The notes: generated from the letters alone by a model not told the origin. A DNA stretch of 64,000 bases from an uncultured Fibrobacter sp. (GCA_946413655.1 CAMKLO010000004.1:38342-102341); one strand, 5' to 3'; shown: positions 46,205-56,622, numbered from the stretch's first letter. Made by a program: numbers and translations.

Positions 46205-47095
46205 ATGAATAAACTCCTCGAATTTACACATCTTGTTCGGTTGAGCCATTCGCTATTTGCGATGCCTTTTGCGATTGGTTCCATGTGGGTCGCGGCGAAC
46301 GGCTTTCGCGATATGAGCGCCTACGAAACAGCCCGCATCATCATTTTGATTGTCCTTTGCATGGTGACTGCCCGCAATAGCGCCATGAGCTTTAACCGCA
46401 TTGCGGACGCCAAGTTCGATGCCGAAAACCCGCGCACGGCGAAACGCCATTTGCCGGCGGGGCGTTTGAGTCGCAAATCGGTAATCGCTTTCTTGGTGTT
46501 GAACGGAATTCTGTTTGTTACGTTTGCATGGATGCTCCAGCCGCTGGCGGGTATGTTTGCGTTACCGGTGTGGTTCTTGTTGCTCTCATATTCTTACTGG
46601 AAACGCTTCTCGTGGCTTTGCCACTGGTTCCTCGGCTTTGCAATAGGCATGAGCCCGCTTGGCGCCTGGATTGCAGTGCGTGGTGAATTTGCCGTGTTCC
46701 CGATTTTCCTTTTGTTTATTCTGATGCTCTGGATGGGTGGTTTCGATATCATTTATGCGACGCAGGATATCGAAATCGACCGTAAGCAAGGTTTGCATTC
46801 CGTTCCTGCCCGATTCGGCCTTGAAAAATCCTTACGCATTGCGCTAGCAAGCCATTTGGCAATGCTTGTGCTCTGTGTAGTGTTTGGCTTTTTCTGGGAC
46901 ATGGGCTGGGTCTGGTGGACCATTACGGGACTTATGACCGCTGCTATCGTCTATATTCATTTGTTCAGAAAATCCAATGATTTAGATGCCATGAATCGCG
47001 ATTTTTTCCTCGCCAACGTGGCGATAAGCGCTCTTGTGATGGCTGGACTTATCGTCTGGATTTGCATGGGAGGTGATGCCAATGCCCTTTACTAA
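46205..47095 (+). CDS. ubiA: UbiA-family prenyltransferase (MqnP-type)
   Basis: HSLFAMPF, AMSFNRIADAKFDAENPRT, GFDIIYATQD. Confidence 0.9.
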   Translation: MNKLLEFTHLVRLSHSLFAMPFAIGSMWVAANGFRDMSAYETARIIILIVLCMVTARNSAMSFNRIADAKFDAENPRTAKRHLPAGRLSRKSVIAFLVLNGILFVTFAWMLQPLAGMFALPVWFLLLSYSYWKRFSWLCHWFLGFAIGMSPLGAWIAVRGEFAVFPIFLLFILMLWMGGFDIIYATQDIEIDRKQGLHSVPARFGLEKSLRIALASHLAMLVLCVVFGFFWDMGWVWWTITGLMTAAIVYIHLFRKSNDLDAMNRDFFLANVAISALVMAGLIVWICMGGDANALY

Positions 47096-47303
47096 TCGAC
47101 CGAACGGAAAGATGACGAACGAAGAAAAAGTGAAGATGTTCCATACGATGGGGGCCACCGCCGCTGTTATTGCTCTTGTGCTCGTGATTCTCTTGGAAAC
47201 AGGCCTTGCGGGCGAACGCCGGGAACTCGTTGATATGGGCCTTACTGCAATGATTGTGATGCTTGCCGTTTCGCTCATTGGCAGCATGTATTTTAAAAAG
47301 TAG
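47082..47303 (+). CDS. small two-TM membrane protein
   Basis: GGAGGTG RBS before ATG 47082; two hydrophobic helices. Confidence 0.7.
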   Translation: MPFTNRPNGKMTNEEKVKMFHTMGATAAVIALVLVILLETGLAGERRELVDMGLTAMIVMLAVSLIGSMYFKK

Positions 47304-47311
47304 CGCTTGTC

Positions 47312-48202
47312 TTAAATTTCCAAATCGGCGGAGATGACGGTTTCGATTTTGCCGTCATCGCATTCAAAGAGCAGGCTGCCGTCATCGTTCATGTCGATGA
47401 TGCGGCCTGTTTTTTTGATGGCACCGGCACTGTTGCCGTCTCGGTTTTGGTCAGTGCAGCGGTTATTTACAACGATGGTCCCGCGGGCGCCGATGAACTG
47501 GTCCATGCGTTTCCAAGCCTCGACCCATGGGCGGATGCCAAATGCCTTGAATTGCCCGATAGCGCGTTCGAAATTGCCGATGAGCATTTGCAAAAGTTTT
47601 TCGCGGTTGATATTTTGTCCGCAAATATCTTTTAGCGAGGTGACTGCACGATTTAGATGGGCGTAGTCCTTGGGCTCACTGTTGACGTTTATGCCGACTC
47701 CCATCGAGAGCGCTGGGCGCGCGGCTTCTTGAGGCTGCCCGGAACGCTGTGCCTGCATAAAGACTATTTCTGCAAGAATCCCGCAGAATTTGCTTTTGCC
47801 ACAAAGGATGTCGTTTGGCCACTTGACGGTGACTTTGCCGATATCCCGGTTGCCGAATCCCTGCGCGTTGGCGTTTTCTTGCAGGTCGCGAAAAACTTCG
47901 GCGAAAGTGAGCGCTGCGACTTGCGTGATTTGCGGGGCGCTGTTGAGCGGAATCCCGTCCAGCGGAATCAGAATGTTGAAGTAGATGTTCTTGCCGGCAG
48001 GGGAGTCCCAGGTGCGTTCGTGGCGACCGCGGCCTTTGGTTTGCGTGTCGGCGACAAAGAGCGTGCCCGGCGCAATTTCACCTGCAGAGGCGCGTTGCTT
48101 CATCAAACTGTGTGTACTTTCGATGGTGCGGAAAAGGAATGCGGGTGCGTTACCGAAACCCGAGAGTTGCCAGTCTGTGAATGAACGTTCTTGCGAAAAC
48201 AT
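47312..48202 (-). CDS. birA: biotin--[acetyl-CoA-carboxylase] ligase (no HTH)
   Basis: IEST, QTKGRGR..R.W.SP, KWPND, K..GIL.E, GVGINV. Confidence 0.93.
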   Translation of the reverse strand: MFSQERSFTDWQLSGFGNAPAFLFRTIESTHSLMKQRASAGEIAPGTLFVADTQTKGRGRHERTWDSPAGKNIYFNILIPLDGIPLNSAPQITQVAALTFAEVFRDLQENANAQGFGNRDIGKVTVKWPNDILCGKSKFCGILAEIVFMQAQRSGQPQEAARPALSMGVGINVNSEPKDYAHLNRAVTSLKDICGQNINREKLLQMLIGNFERAIGQFKAFGIRPWVEAWKRMDQFIGARGTIVVNNRCTDQNRDGNSAGAIKKTGRIIDMNDDGSLLFECDDGKIETVISADLEI

Positions 48203-48222
48203 TTGCTTGGTTGCTAAAACAC

Positions 48223-48648
48223 CTATTCGTCCGCTTGTTTCTCCTGAAGTTCCTTGAGGGCTTCTTCAGGGAAGATGTTGAAGAACTCGCGCTTCTTGTC
48301 TTCGAAAAGCTGCAACATACGCTCTTGCTCGAACTGCTCGCGGTCGATGTTCTGCATAAAGAATTCGTCGCGGGCGAAATCGCGGGTTGTCATGAGTTTC
48401 TTAATATCTTCAGAAAGATCGACATTGTCCCAGAGGATGTAGTACGAACCGATAAAGCCATCGGCAAAAATATCGACGTTCAACTTCAAGGAATTACTTA
48501 CCGTAGAATCCACCAATTCCACTTTCGTTTCGCGTTTTTCAGGGCGGAACACGTCAACATCGCTAACGGGTTTGCTTAAATCCTGAGCTCCGCAGAGAAC
48601 CGAAGCGCAGAGAAATAGCATTACCTTATGTTTGAAGGATAAAATCAT
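48223..48648 (-). CDS. hypothetical exported protein
   Basis: Signal-like N-terminus from MILSFK; acidic helical C-terminus; start uncertain. Confidence 0.6.
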   Translation of the reverse strand: MILSFKHKVMLFLCASVLCGAQDLSKPVSDVDVFRPEKRETKVELVDSTVSNSLKLNVDIFADGFIGSYYILWDNVDLSEDIKKLMTTRDFARDEFFMQNIDREQFEQERMLQLFEDKKREFFNIFPEEALKELQEKQADE

Positions 48649-48781
48649 ATCCATAATATACAATGAAAATTCATGAAAAATACAGGGAATGCTAAAAAGC
48701 TTAGCTGAAAATACGGCGAAAAAAGTCATGCTACTGTTATGATACGCTTTTGTCGTACGAAGAGTATTATATAGCTCGTTT

Positions 48782-49004
48782 ATAAACTACTGCCTACTAA
48801 GCTCTAAGTTCTAAGCTCTACCAACTAAAAACATCACTGGATCCTGCTCCTACGAACCTAAGAATTGTAGGGCAGCAAGCTGCCGACAATTCTATATCGC
48901 GATGCTCAGGATGACGAGTCTCTCGTCTCTCGTCTGTAGGCGCGTAGCGCCGTTCTCTCGTCTATGTCCCTACTGCCTACAACCTAAAACCTAAGTCCTA
49001 TGGC
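48782..49004 (+). repeat. mosaic heptamer arrays with nested palindromes
   Basis: ctaagct ctaagtt ctaagct; palindrome at 48861-48893; tctcgtc x2 + 21-nt insert + tctcgtc; ctacaac ctaaaac ctaagtc. Confidence 0.85.
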
Positions 49005-50012
49005 CTAAACCGCCAGCGGCATCCACGGCTTGACCACGTCAATAGATTCGAGTTTTCCTTGCAATTTGCGGCGGATAGCGGCGGCGGCAATCATCGCTCC
49101 GTTGTCTGTACTGAGGCTACGGTCCGGGACGCAAAAACGGATGCCTTTTTTGTCGCAGTAGTCCTGCAAGCGAGTGCGCAACCAACTGTTCGCGCTCACG
49201 CCTCCACCCATGACGAGCGTTTTCATCTTCGTCTTCTTGAGGGCGTTGATGGTCTTTGTGACGAGGCTATCGACGATAGCGTCTTCGAGGGAGGCGCAGA
49301 TGTCGCCGAGGTTATCCTGGATGAACTGCGGGTCGTGGGTTTCGGTGTAACGGAGCACGGCGGTTTTTAGTCCGCTGAACGAGAATTCGCAGTTGTCGTG
49401 CGTATGGAGCGCCCGCGGAAACTCCACGAATTGGCGGTTGCAGTCCTTGCCGAGGCGGCTGATGGTGGCGCCTGCGGGGTACTTGAGACCGATGAGCTTC
49501 CCGCACTTGTCGAACGCTTCGCCAGCGGCATCGTCGCGGGTGCGTCCGATGCTCGTGTATTTGAATCCGGGCTCTTCCATCACGAGTTCTGTGTGCCCGC
49601 CCGAGACGGTGAGCGTAAGGAATGGCGGCTCGATGTCCGGGTTACTGAGCCAGGCGGCGGCGAGGTGGCCTTCAAGATGGTTCATGCCGTAAGCTGGGAT
49701 GTTCAAGTCGCGGGCAAGCCCTTTGGCAAAACTGGCGCCAACAAGAAGCGGGCCCATCAGTCCTGGTCCCGTGGTGTAGGCGATGGCGTCAATGTCTTTG
49801 AGTTCGATGCCCGCTTCCTTGACGGCGGCTTCGGCGATGGGCGCTATCTTTTGCAGGTGCGCCCGAGCGGCGATTTCTGGAACAACGCCTCCGTAGAGAG
49901 CGTGCTCGTCAATTTGGCTGTAGAGCGGGTTAGAAAGTACTTTGAGCGGGTCGTCCTGTAAAATGGCGCACGCTGTCTCGTCGCAGCTGGATTCAATTCC
50001 AAGCCAAATCAT
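49005..50012 (-). CDS. tsaD: tRNA threonylcarbamoyltransferase TsaD
   Basis: GIESSCDET, GGVVPEIAARAH, HLEGH, SGGHT, DDAAGEAFDK, FSFSGLKT, TDNGAMIA. Confidence 0.97.
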   Translation of the reverse strand: MIWLGIESSCDETACAILQDDPLKVLSNPLYSQIDEHALYGGVVPEIAARAHLQKIAPIAEAAVKEAGIELKDIDAIAYTTGPGLMGPLLVGASFAKGLARDLNIPAYGMNHLEGHLAAAWLSNPDIEPPFLTLTVSGGHTELVMEEPGFKYTSIGRTRDDAAGEAFDKCGKLIGLKYPAGATISRLGKDCNRQFVEFPRALHTHDNCEFSFSGLKTAVLRYTETHDPQFIQDNLGDICASLEDAIVDSLVTKTINALKKTKMKTLVMGGGVSANSWLRTRLQDYCDKKGIRFCVPDRSLSTDNGAMIAAAAIRRKLQGKLESIDVVKPWMPLAV

Positions 50013-50989
50013 ATTCCGTATTCCTCGTCTTTGTCTTCGTCCTCGTTGTGCTGCTTGATGAGCTTAATCTTGTCAGGTTTGACAAGTACTGCCTTGATGG
50101 ACATATTGCGGTCAACGTCAGGAGGCAAGGTCAACTTGATTGTGGGGGCAAGGCTATCTGCGTCTTCGATGGCGAAACGGTTGTATTCGATGAACAGTTC
50201 AATGTCGTTGCTTTTAATGGACTCAATCACTTTTTCGCCGCCTGTGATTTCGACGGTTGCCTGTTGCGGGGAAAGCGAATTCAGGGCACGGTCGTAGAAA
50301 CCAATCAGCTGGATTGGGATACTGTTGAAGGCCTTGGACTTGATTTTTTGTACATCGACAACAATTTTTGCCACGGAATCGCTTGGCGTCACGAAGGGCG
50401 GCAGCTGTTCCGTTTCAAGCGGTACCGAATAGGTTTTGCTCACCTTGATGCTGTCAAAAAACAACGAGTCTGTCGGGATGTCGATAATGCGGGTGAGGGC
50501 GTTCCTTGCGCCGGAAACCATCAATTCTTCCTTGATCAGTTTGGGCGGTTGGACTAGGGCGTAACCCGGAGCGGCGCTGAATGTCACGTTGTTCTTGATG
50601 GGAATGCTTCGTTCAATTCGCGTATCGACTGCAACGTCAATGAAGAGGTACTGGTTGTCGGGTTCGATGTAGTGGACCGATGAAAAGTTCGGGGCGGTAA
50701 AGTTCTTTGCGTCCAGATGAATGCGCTTGGAGCCAAGCTCGGCGTTGTGCATATCGACGACCATGGCCGACTGTTTTTGCGACTGGAGGCGGATTAAGTC
50801 GAGGGGTTTGCCTTCGACTGTTACGGAAACCGTGCTGGGCGGCTTGGACGCAATCGCGAGCGCTTCGGGCAACTTCACGAACGTAAGCGGTACTTCCATC
50901 GTCAGTTGGAAGTCCTTCAGCGAGATGACATAGAACCAGAGGGCCATCGCGCAAATCAATGCGGTAATCTTTAATATGATGTTTCCCAT
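50009..50989 (-). CDS. YbbR/CdaR-like membrane-anchored protein
   Basis: N..LKI.AL..A..LW.YV N-terminus and repeated beta-rich YbbR-like domains; start moved to MGNI. Confidence 0.8.
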   Translation of the reverse strand: MGNIILKITALICAMALWFYVISLKDFQLTMEVPLTFVKLPEALAIASKPPSTVSVTVEGKPLDLIRLQSQKQSAMVVDMHNAELGSKRIHLDAKNFTAPNFSSVHYIEPDNQYLFIDVAVDTRIERSIPIKNNVTFSAAPGYALVQPPKLIKEELMVSGARNALTRIIDIPTDSLFFDSIKVSKTYSVPLETEQLPPFVTPSDSVAKIVVDVQKIKSKAFNSIPIQLIGFYDRALNSLSPQQATVEITGGEKVIESIKSNDIELFIEYNRFAIEDADSLAPTIKLTLPPDVDRNMSIKAVLVKPDKIKLIKQHNEDEDKDEEYGI

Positions 50990-51034
50990 AAAAGCCCCGT
51001 AAAGAACCTCAGTAAATTTAATTATATTCGAGGC

Positions 51035-51922
51035 GTGTTCGGACAATTAGGTTACTTAATATCGGAATCTTTTCGCGGATGGAAACAGCACAGGACGGTG
51101 ATTCTCCCGTCTCTTGTGACGATTTTCCTCTGTTCGCTTTTGCTTGCCCTCTCTTTCACGGCTTTGGGAGTTTCCTTTAAACTGCTTTCTGCCGAAAAAT
51201 CGCTGTACGTCGTCGAGGCGTTCTTGAACGAGAATGTTCCCGAGGATTCCATTTCGATAATCCAGACGCGGCTTGAGCATTCTCGTCATGTGGAATCGGT
51301 GAAATTCGTGAGTGCTGATTCTGCGCTTGCCGACTTCAACAGGCATTTTTCTCCGGATATGCTGGAACTTGTCGAAGGAAACCCGATTCCGGCATTCTTC
51401 CGCGTGTCTCTCCGCAGCGAGGCGCATAACCCGGCAGACCTTTCCGAGGTGCGCAACGCGATTGCCGAAGAACCATATTTTGAAGAGGTGCAGGCTCCGT
51501 TAAAATGGGCTTCGAGAATTGCGTCCTGGAAGTTCAAGATGATATTCTGGCCGGTTTGCGTGAGCATCCTCTTGCTCATTACGCTTTCGCTCATCATCTG
51601 CAATTCCGTGCGGCTTTCGCTCATGTCAAGAAAACTTCTCGTCGATAACATGAAGTATGCCGGTGGCAGTTACGTGTTCATCGAGTTCCCCTTTGTGCTG
51701 GAAGGAGCTATGCAGGGATTTATCGGGAGCGGTCTTGCTGTGGTTCTCCTTTGGATGATCATCCAGTCCGTGGTGCGGATGTTCCCTATCGTAGAGTCTA
51801 GCGTGTCTTACTTCGGCGTTATCGTCCTCTTTACGGTGCTCCTGGAAACGGCGCTCTCCGGTTATTTCAGTTTCCGTACGGTGCGTGGTTTCTTGTTCGA
51901 AAAGAAAGCTGAGCAGGAATAG
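51035..51922 (+). CDS. ftsX: cell division permease FtsX
   Basis: FVS...AL, NP.PA, I.NSVRL, M...G.....I..PF..EG. Confidence 0.9.
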   Translation: MFGQLGYLISESFRGWKQHRTVILPSLVTIFLCSLLLALSFTALGVSFKLLSAEKSLYVVEAFLNENVPEDSISIIQTRLEHSRHVESVKFVSADSALADFNRHFSPDMLELVEGNPIPAFFRVSLRSEAHNPADLSEVRNAIAEEPYFEEVQAPLKWASRIASWKFKMIFWPVCVSILLLITLSLIICNSVRLSLMSRKLLVDNMKYAGGSYVFIEFPFVLEGAMQGFIGSGLAVVLLWMIIQSVVRMFPIVESSVSYFGVIVLFTVLLETALSGYFSFRTVRGFLFEKKAEQE

Positions 51923-51925
51923 CCG

Positions 51926-53200
51926 ATGCGCCTTTTTTCGTTATTGTTTCCGTGCTTGATGTTCGCCTTTGCCGTTCTTGCTTGGGGGGCTCCTAAGAAA
52001 ACGGATGCGCAGATTGACGAACAGAAAACGGCGCTTAAAAAACTGGAAGTGGACTTGGCAAAAAAGCGTGAGGAACTTGCCGTCCTAGAAACCGAAGAAA
52101 AAGGCGTCTTGAATACGATTTCCCTTTTGGACCAGAACCTGAACCGCACAAGGTCGTACCTCTCGGAACTTTCGCGCAATGAGGACTTGTTGCAAGGGGC
52201 AGTAAAACAACTTGTGCTGGATATTGATTCGCTGGACGCAAAAATCAAGAGTCGCAAACGGGCTATGAAAAAACGTGTCCGTAATTTGTATGTATATGGC
52301 CGCAGTAACGATGCTGAAATTCTGTATGAACTGCTGACGAAGGACGGAAATCCCGAGCGTAAAGTTTACTGGGTCCACCACTTGCTGACCCGTGACCGCG
52401 AAGACGTGGAAATGCTCCGTCATCTTGTGAAAGAACGCATGCAGAAACAGCATGTGCAAGAGAGCCATCTTGCGGAACTTACGAAACTCAGGAATAGAAA
52501 GGCCGTCGAGGAACGCCGCTTGGTGACGCAAATGAGCGGTCAGGAACGCATGTTGTCATCCCTCAAGCACGACAAGGCCGTGCAGCGCATGGCGCTCAAG
52601 GAATTCGAACGGAACCAGAAGACGATGCTTGCGCTCATTAAAAAACTCGAAGAACGCCGCAAACGCGAAATCGAGGAGGCCAAAAAGGCCGAAGCGGCCC
52701 GCCTTGCCGCCCTCAAGAAAAAGGAGAAGGCCGCCGAGAAGAAGCGCGAAGCGGAAAAAACGCGCCAGAGCGAAATGGCCCAAAAGACGGTTCAGGTGGT
52801 GCCGTTCAAGGGACCGAAGTGCATGCCTCTCGATGGTCCCGTCATTAGTGAATATGGCTTGCAGGAACATCCGGTGCTCCACATTATGACGCGCAACTTG
52901 GGCGTCGAAATCCGCGGAAAGCGTGGTGGACGCATCCGTGCTGCCGCCGCGGGAACTGTGGCTATGGTATCCGAAATTGATGGCCGCGGCCCTTCTGTGA
53001 TTATAGAACACGAAGGAGGAATTTACACCGTATATGGTCACATGAAAACGATTAATGTCCAAGAGGGCAAAAGTGTCAAAAAATGCGAAGAAATTGGAGA
53101 AGTGGGCGATATCGCATCGTTAAATGGAATTAAATTGTATTTCCAAGTGAGCGAAGGGACCCAGACCGTGGATCCTTTGCAATGGTTAAAACAGAAATGA
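51926..53200 (+). CDS. envC: murein hydrolase activator EnvC (coiled coil + degenerate M23)
   Basis: Signal peptide, long coiled coil, M23 domain lacking HxxxD (reads NLGVE); follows ftsX. Confidence 0.85.
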   Translation: MRLFSLLFPCLMFAFAVLAWGAPKKTDAQIDEQKTALKKLEVDLAKKREELAVLETEEKGVLNTISLLDQNLNRTRSYLSELSRNEDLLQGAVKQLVLDIDSLDAKIKSRKRAMKKRVRNLYVYGRSNDAEILYELLTKDGNPERKVYWVHHLLTRDREDVEMLRHLVKERMQKQHVQESHLAELTKLRNRKAVEERRLVTQMSGQERMLSSLKHDKAVQRMALKEFERNQKTMLALIKKLEERRKREIEEAKKAEAARLAALKKKEKAAEKKREAEKTRQSEMAQKTVQVVPFKGPKCMPLDGPVISEYGLQEHPVLHIMTRNLGVEIRGKRGGRIRAAAAGTVAMVSEIDGRGPSVIIEHEGGIYTVYGHMKTINVQEGKSVKKCEEIGEVGDIASLNGIKLYFQVSEGTQTVDPLQWLKQK

Positions 53201-54321
53201 TAGAATATCGCTTAAATGGCCCTGCCTCTCAGGAACGAATCCGCATCCGCCTCATGGCGGCGTTGCGTGAGAACCGGTTCCCGCAGTCGATTCTTATCGA
53301 CGGCCCTGTAGGCATCGGCAAGAAGGCGTTGGCGATGGAAATTGCCCAGGCGTTGCAGTGCACGAACTCAAGTGTCCGCCCATGCGGCAAATGCTTCGGT
53401 TGCAAGATGGCCGCAGATTCTGGCGTGACGGACAACTGGGTCGTGCCGATGGAAGCGAAAGAGGCCAGTGCCCGCAACGCAGCTGACGTCTCTGCCGGGA
53501 GTTCCGCAAAGACGATTCAGGATTTCAAGCAGGCGTACATCGAAGAAATTACAAAGAACCCGTACCGCGTCGATATTTTCAGTGCAGGTGCACTTATTTC
53601 GGTGGAACTCATCCGCACGATGACCGCATCCTTCGCGATGAAGGGTGACCGCGTCCGCGTGGTGATTATCGCGGAAGCCGACCGCATGAACGATTCCGCT
53701 GCAAACGCCTTCCTCAAGACCCTCGAAGAAGTCCCCCCGAACACGTATTTTATTTTGACGACCTCGTCCCGCGAAAAACTTTTGCAGACAATCCGTTCGC
53801 GCTGCCTGGCGCTCCACCTGCCGCCCCTTACGGACGACGAGGTCCGGCAGGAGGCAATCCGCGTGGGTGGCGAAGATTTTGACGAATCGACACTGACTGA
53901 CGATGTGATCGGTCTTGCCGTGGGTTCCCCCGGTATGGCGCTTTACTATGCCGAACATGCCAAGAACTGGTGTCCGCTTGCGGTCGATTTTATCGAAAAA
54001 TCACTTTCGCAGGACTACACGGATTTGTTTTTTGAACTGGAAGATTCCGAACTTGAAGACCCGGCCATCGTGAACCGTTTCCTGGAAATCTTGTCGTTTT
54101 TGATTTCGGACTTGCTGCGCCAACAATCGGGTGCTCCGCTCCGCATTCCGGAGGCGACGGGCCGCGTGAACCTCGAACGTTACCCGCAGGTGGGGGCTTC
54201 GGCCTTGGAACTTGCGCTCGTGAGCGTCCAGGAAACCATGTCGAGAATAGCTTCGAGGCGAATGGCGGCGGTAATCTGCCTCCAGAATCTCTCGATGAAA
54301 CTTTTTGAAGGCTACAAGTAA
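53197..54321 (+). CDS. holB: DNA polymerase III delta' subunit
   Basis: GPVGIGK, PCGKCFGC, AANAFLKTLEE, TIRSRC. Confidence 0.9.
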   Translation: MIEYRLNGPASQERIRIRLMAALRENRFPQSILIDGPVGIGKKALAMEIAQALQCTNSSVRPCGKCFGCKMAADSGVTDNWVVPMEAKEASARNAADVSAGSSAKTIQDFKQAYIEEITKNPYRVDIFSAGALISVELIRTMTASFAMKGDRVRVVIIAEADRMNDSAANAFLKTLEEVPPNTYFILTTSSREKLLQTIRSRCLALHLPPLTDDEVRQEAIRVGGEDFDESTLTDDVIGLAVGSPGMALYYAEHAKNWCPLAVDFIEKSLSQDYTDLFFELEDSELEDPAIVNRFLEILSFLISDLLRQQSGAPLRIPEATGRVNLERYPQVGASALELALVSVQETMSRIASRRMAAVICLQNLSMKLFEGYK

Positions 54322-54322
54322 A

Positions 54323-56035
54323 ATGGATGATCTTGTAGCTTCGACATTGTCCTCTTCGTTAAAGATCCCGCATGCGGTGGCGAGGTTCCTCGTTTCGCGT
54401 GGCATTAGGACGGTGTCCGATGCATACCACATGCTTCGTTCCAGCGAAAACGACGTGCATGATCCGTTCCTCATGATGGGGATGGACAAGGCTGTGGAGT
54501 GGATACTGGCTGTTCGCGAACGGGGCGAACGCGTGTTCATCTTTGGCGACTACGATTTGGACGGCATGACTTCCGTGACGCTTTTGACGCGCTGCTTAAA
54601 GACCGTGGGGGTTGAATCCGAATGGCGACTTCCGAACCGCTTTGGAGACGGCTACGGGCTTTCTGTTTCCGCCGTTGACGAAATGTACGAAGCTGGCGGA
54701 CGTAATTTGATTACGGTGGATACGGGCATTACCGCGAATGCAGAAATTGCCCATGCCAAGGAACTCGGCATGGCGGTCATGGTGATGGACCATCATCAAC
54801 CGTCTGGTGACGGGCTCCCGGTCAGCGACGTGCTTTTGGACCCGCATCAGGACGGCGACAATTATCCGAATCCGGAACTTTGCGGTGTCGGTGTTTCGTA
54901 CAAGTTTATTTGTGCGTTGTACAGTCGTCTTGGACTCCCGAATCCGGTGGAATACCTGGACTTGGTTGCGCTAGGAACTCTTGCTGACCTCGTGCAGATG
55001 ACGCCCGAGAACAGGTTCTTTACGCGGTCCGGACTGGAATGCTTGAAAAACAGCCGTTGGCCCGGTGTGCAAGAAATGTACGCCTCCCTCATGAAACCCC
55101 ACAGTTGCGTGGGCGGCATTGACGTGATGTACAAACTAGCGCCGCTTCTGAATGCTCCTGGCCGCATGGAACGCCCGGATCCGGCTCTTAAACTTCTTTT
55201 ATGCGAAAACAAGAGCGAGGCGCCGCAACTGCTCGCGGAACTGAAAGAATGGAATGTGCGTCGCAAGGAGAAAGAGGCTGAAATTACCGAAATGGCGATG
55301 GAACAGGTCAAGACGCTTTATGGCGATACCATTCCGACCGTCATCGTTGTCGCTGGTGAAAATTGGCATGTTGGCGTGATTGGCATTGTCGCTGCAAAAC
55401 TCGCGCAGGAATTCCACAGGCCGTCTGCCGTGCTTTCGATTATCGACGGTATGGCGCATGCAAGTGCACGTGCTGTTCCCGGATTCAACTGGCACAAGGC
55501 CTTGTTCGAAAGCCGTGAACTTTTTGATCGCTGGGGCGGCCATGCCAATGCGGCTGGCTTTTCGCTGGAATCGTCGAGAATCGATGAACTCCGCGGTCGT
55601 CTGTTGCAGTCGGCGGCGGAGCAGGGCTATACGGGCGATGTTGTCAATACGGACGAATCTTATCCATACGATATCAAGATCGCTCTCAGTGAACTTGTGG
55701 TTGAATCTCGCGCTCCGAGCGGCAGGTACCCGGTACGTGAACGCTCGATTCTCGACTACATCGATTTGCTGGAACCGTTCGGCGGGAACTTCCCGTATCC
55801 GACATTCCGTGCCGAAGGCGTGACTGTGCATCGCGTGCGTGAACTTCGCGGTGGGCATTTGCAAATGGAAATCTCGCAGGCGGGCAGCAACGTGTTCCCT
55901 GCGATTGCCTTTGGACTCCGCAAGAGCAAGGCTCTGCTGGGCCGTTCCCGTCCTGTGACAGTCGTTTTTGAACCTATCTGGAATTATTTCAACAATACAA
56001 AGACTGTGCAACTTTGCATAAAGTCGATCGAGTGA
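54323..56035 (+). CDS. recJ: single-stranded DNA exonuclease RecJ
   Basis: GDYDLDG, TVDTG, DHH, GTLAD, GGHANAAG, LEPFG. Confidence 0.95.
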   Translation: MDDLVASTLSSSLKIPHAVARFLVSRGIRTVSDAYHMLRSSENDVHDPFLMMGMDKAVEWILAVRERGERVFIFGDYDLDGMTSVTLLTRCLKTVGVESEWRLPNRFGDGYGLSVSAVDEMYEAGGRNLITVDTGITANAEIAHAKELGMAVMVMDHHQPSGDGLPVSDVLLDPHQDGDNYPNPELCGVGVSYKFICALYSRLGLPNPVEYLDLVALGTLADLVQMTPENRFFTRSGLECLKNSRWPGVQEMYASLMKPHSCVGGIDVMYKLAPLLNAPGRMERPDPALKLLLCENKSEAPQLLAELKEWNVRRKEKEAEITEMAMEQVKTLYGDTIPTVIVVAGENWHVGVIGIVAAKLAQEFHRPSAVLSIIDGMAHASARAVPGFNWHKALFESRELFDRWGGHANAAGFSLESSRIDELRGRLLQSAAEQGYTGDVVNTDESYPYDIKIALSELVVESRAPSGRYPVRERSILDYIDLLEPFGGNFPYPTFRAEGVTVHRVRELRGGHLQMEISQAGSNVFPAIAFGLRKSKALLGRSRPVTVVFEPIWNYFNNTKTVQLCIKSIE

Positions 56036-56039
56036 GGCC

Positions 56040-56609
56040 ATGATTAGACGCAACGCTCCAATGATAGCCTTTTTGTTTGTTTTTATTGCCATGCTGTACT
56101 TTATATACAGCGTTCCGCGTTATGAACCCATTGTCGAAGCCGAAGAAAACGTGAAAGAAGAGCCTGTCAATGATACGTTCAGGGGGCGTGTTGATATGCC
56201 TTCGATTGACGAAATCTACGTGCTCGAAAATACTGCAGAACGTGATTTGAACAAACTTGTGCTCTTTTTTGAGGGCCGTGCTGCCGGTTTACATTATCTG
56301 TCATCGGAGTATTTCAAAAAGCTCAAGTCGAGCCGTAAGGGGCGTCTGCTTTCCAAGTCCGATGACGACGTTTTCCTTGGGCTTCGCTTGACGCTGGACA
56401 GTTTGGGACGGTTCATGAATCCGCAAATTCTGTTTTCGGATACGGATGACGATGTTTTCAAGGTCAAGCTGTTGAAGCATGTCGAATATTTCTGGCGTTT
56501 GCCTCCGAGCAAGCAGGGTAAACTTGAAATGTGGATTCCCATTCGGTTCCATGCATCTGCAAGTCAACGGCAAACAGCTGGCGAAAAAAAGATTAGTGCA
56601 AAAAAATAA
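56040..56609 (+). CDS. hypothetical membrane-anchored protein (possible remote TonB_C-like fold)
   Basis: N-terminal TM; C-terminal L.LTLDSLG...W.LP....IPIRF pattern. Confidence 0.6.
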   Translation: MIRRNAPMIAFLFVFIAMLYFIYSVPRYEPIVEAEENVKEEPVNDTFRGRVDMPSIDEIYVLENTAERDLNKLVLFFEGRAAGLHYLSSEYFKKLKSSRKGRLLSKSDDDVFLGLRLTLDSLGRFMNPQILFSDTDDDVFKVKLLKHVEYFWRLPPSKQGKLEMWIPIRFHASASQRQTAGEKKISAKK

Positions 56610-56622
56610 AGGAAAGGGAAAA

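Noticed and set aside
51926-53200. Inactive M23 peptidase site as a pseudogene
   Set aside because: Loss of the zinc ligands is the normal EnvC state.
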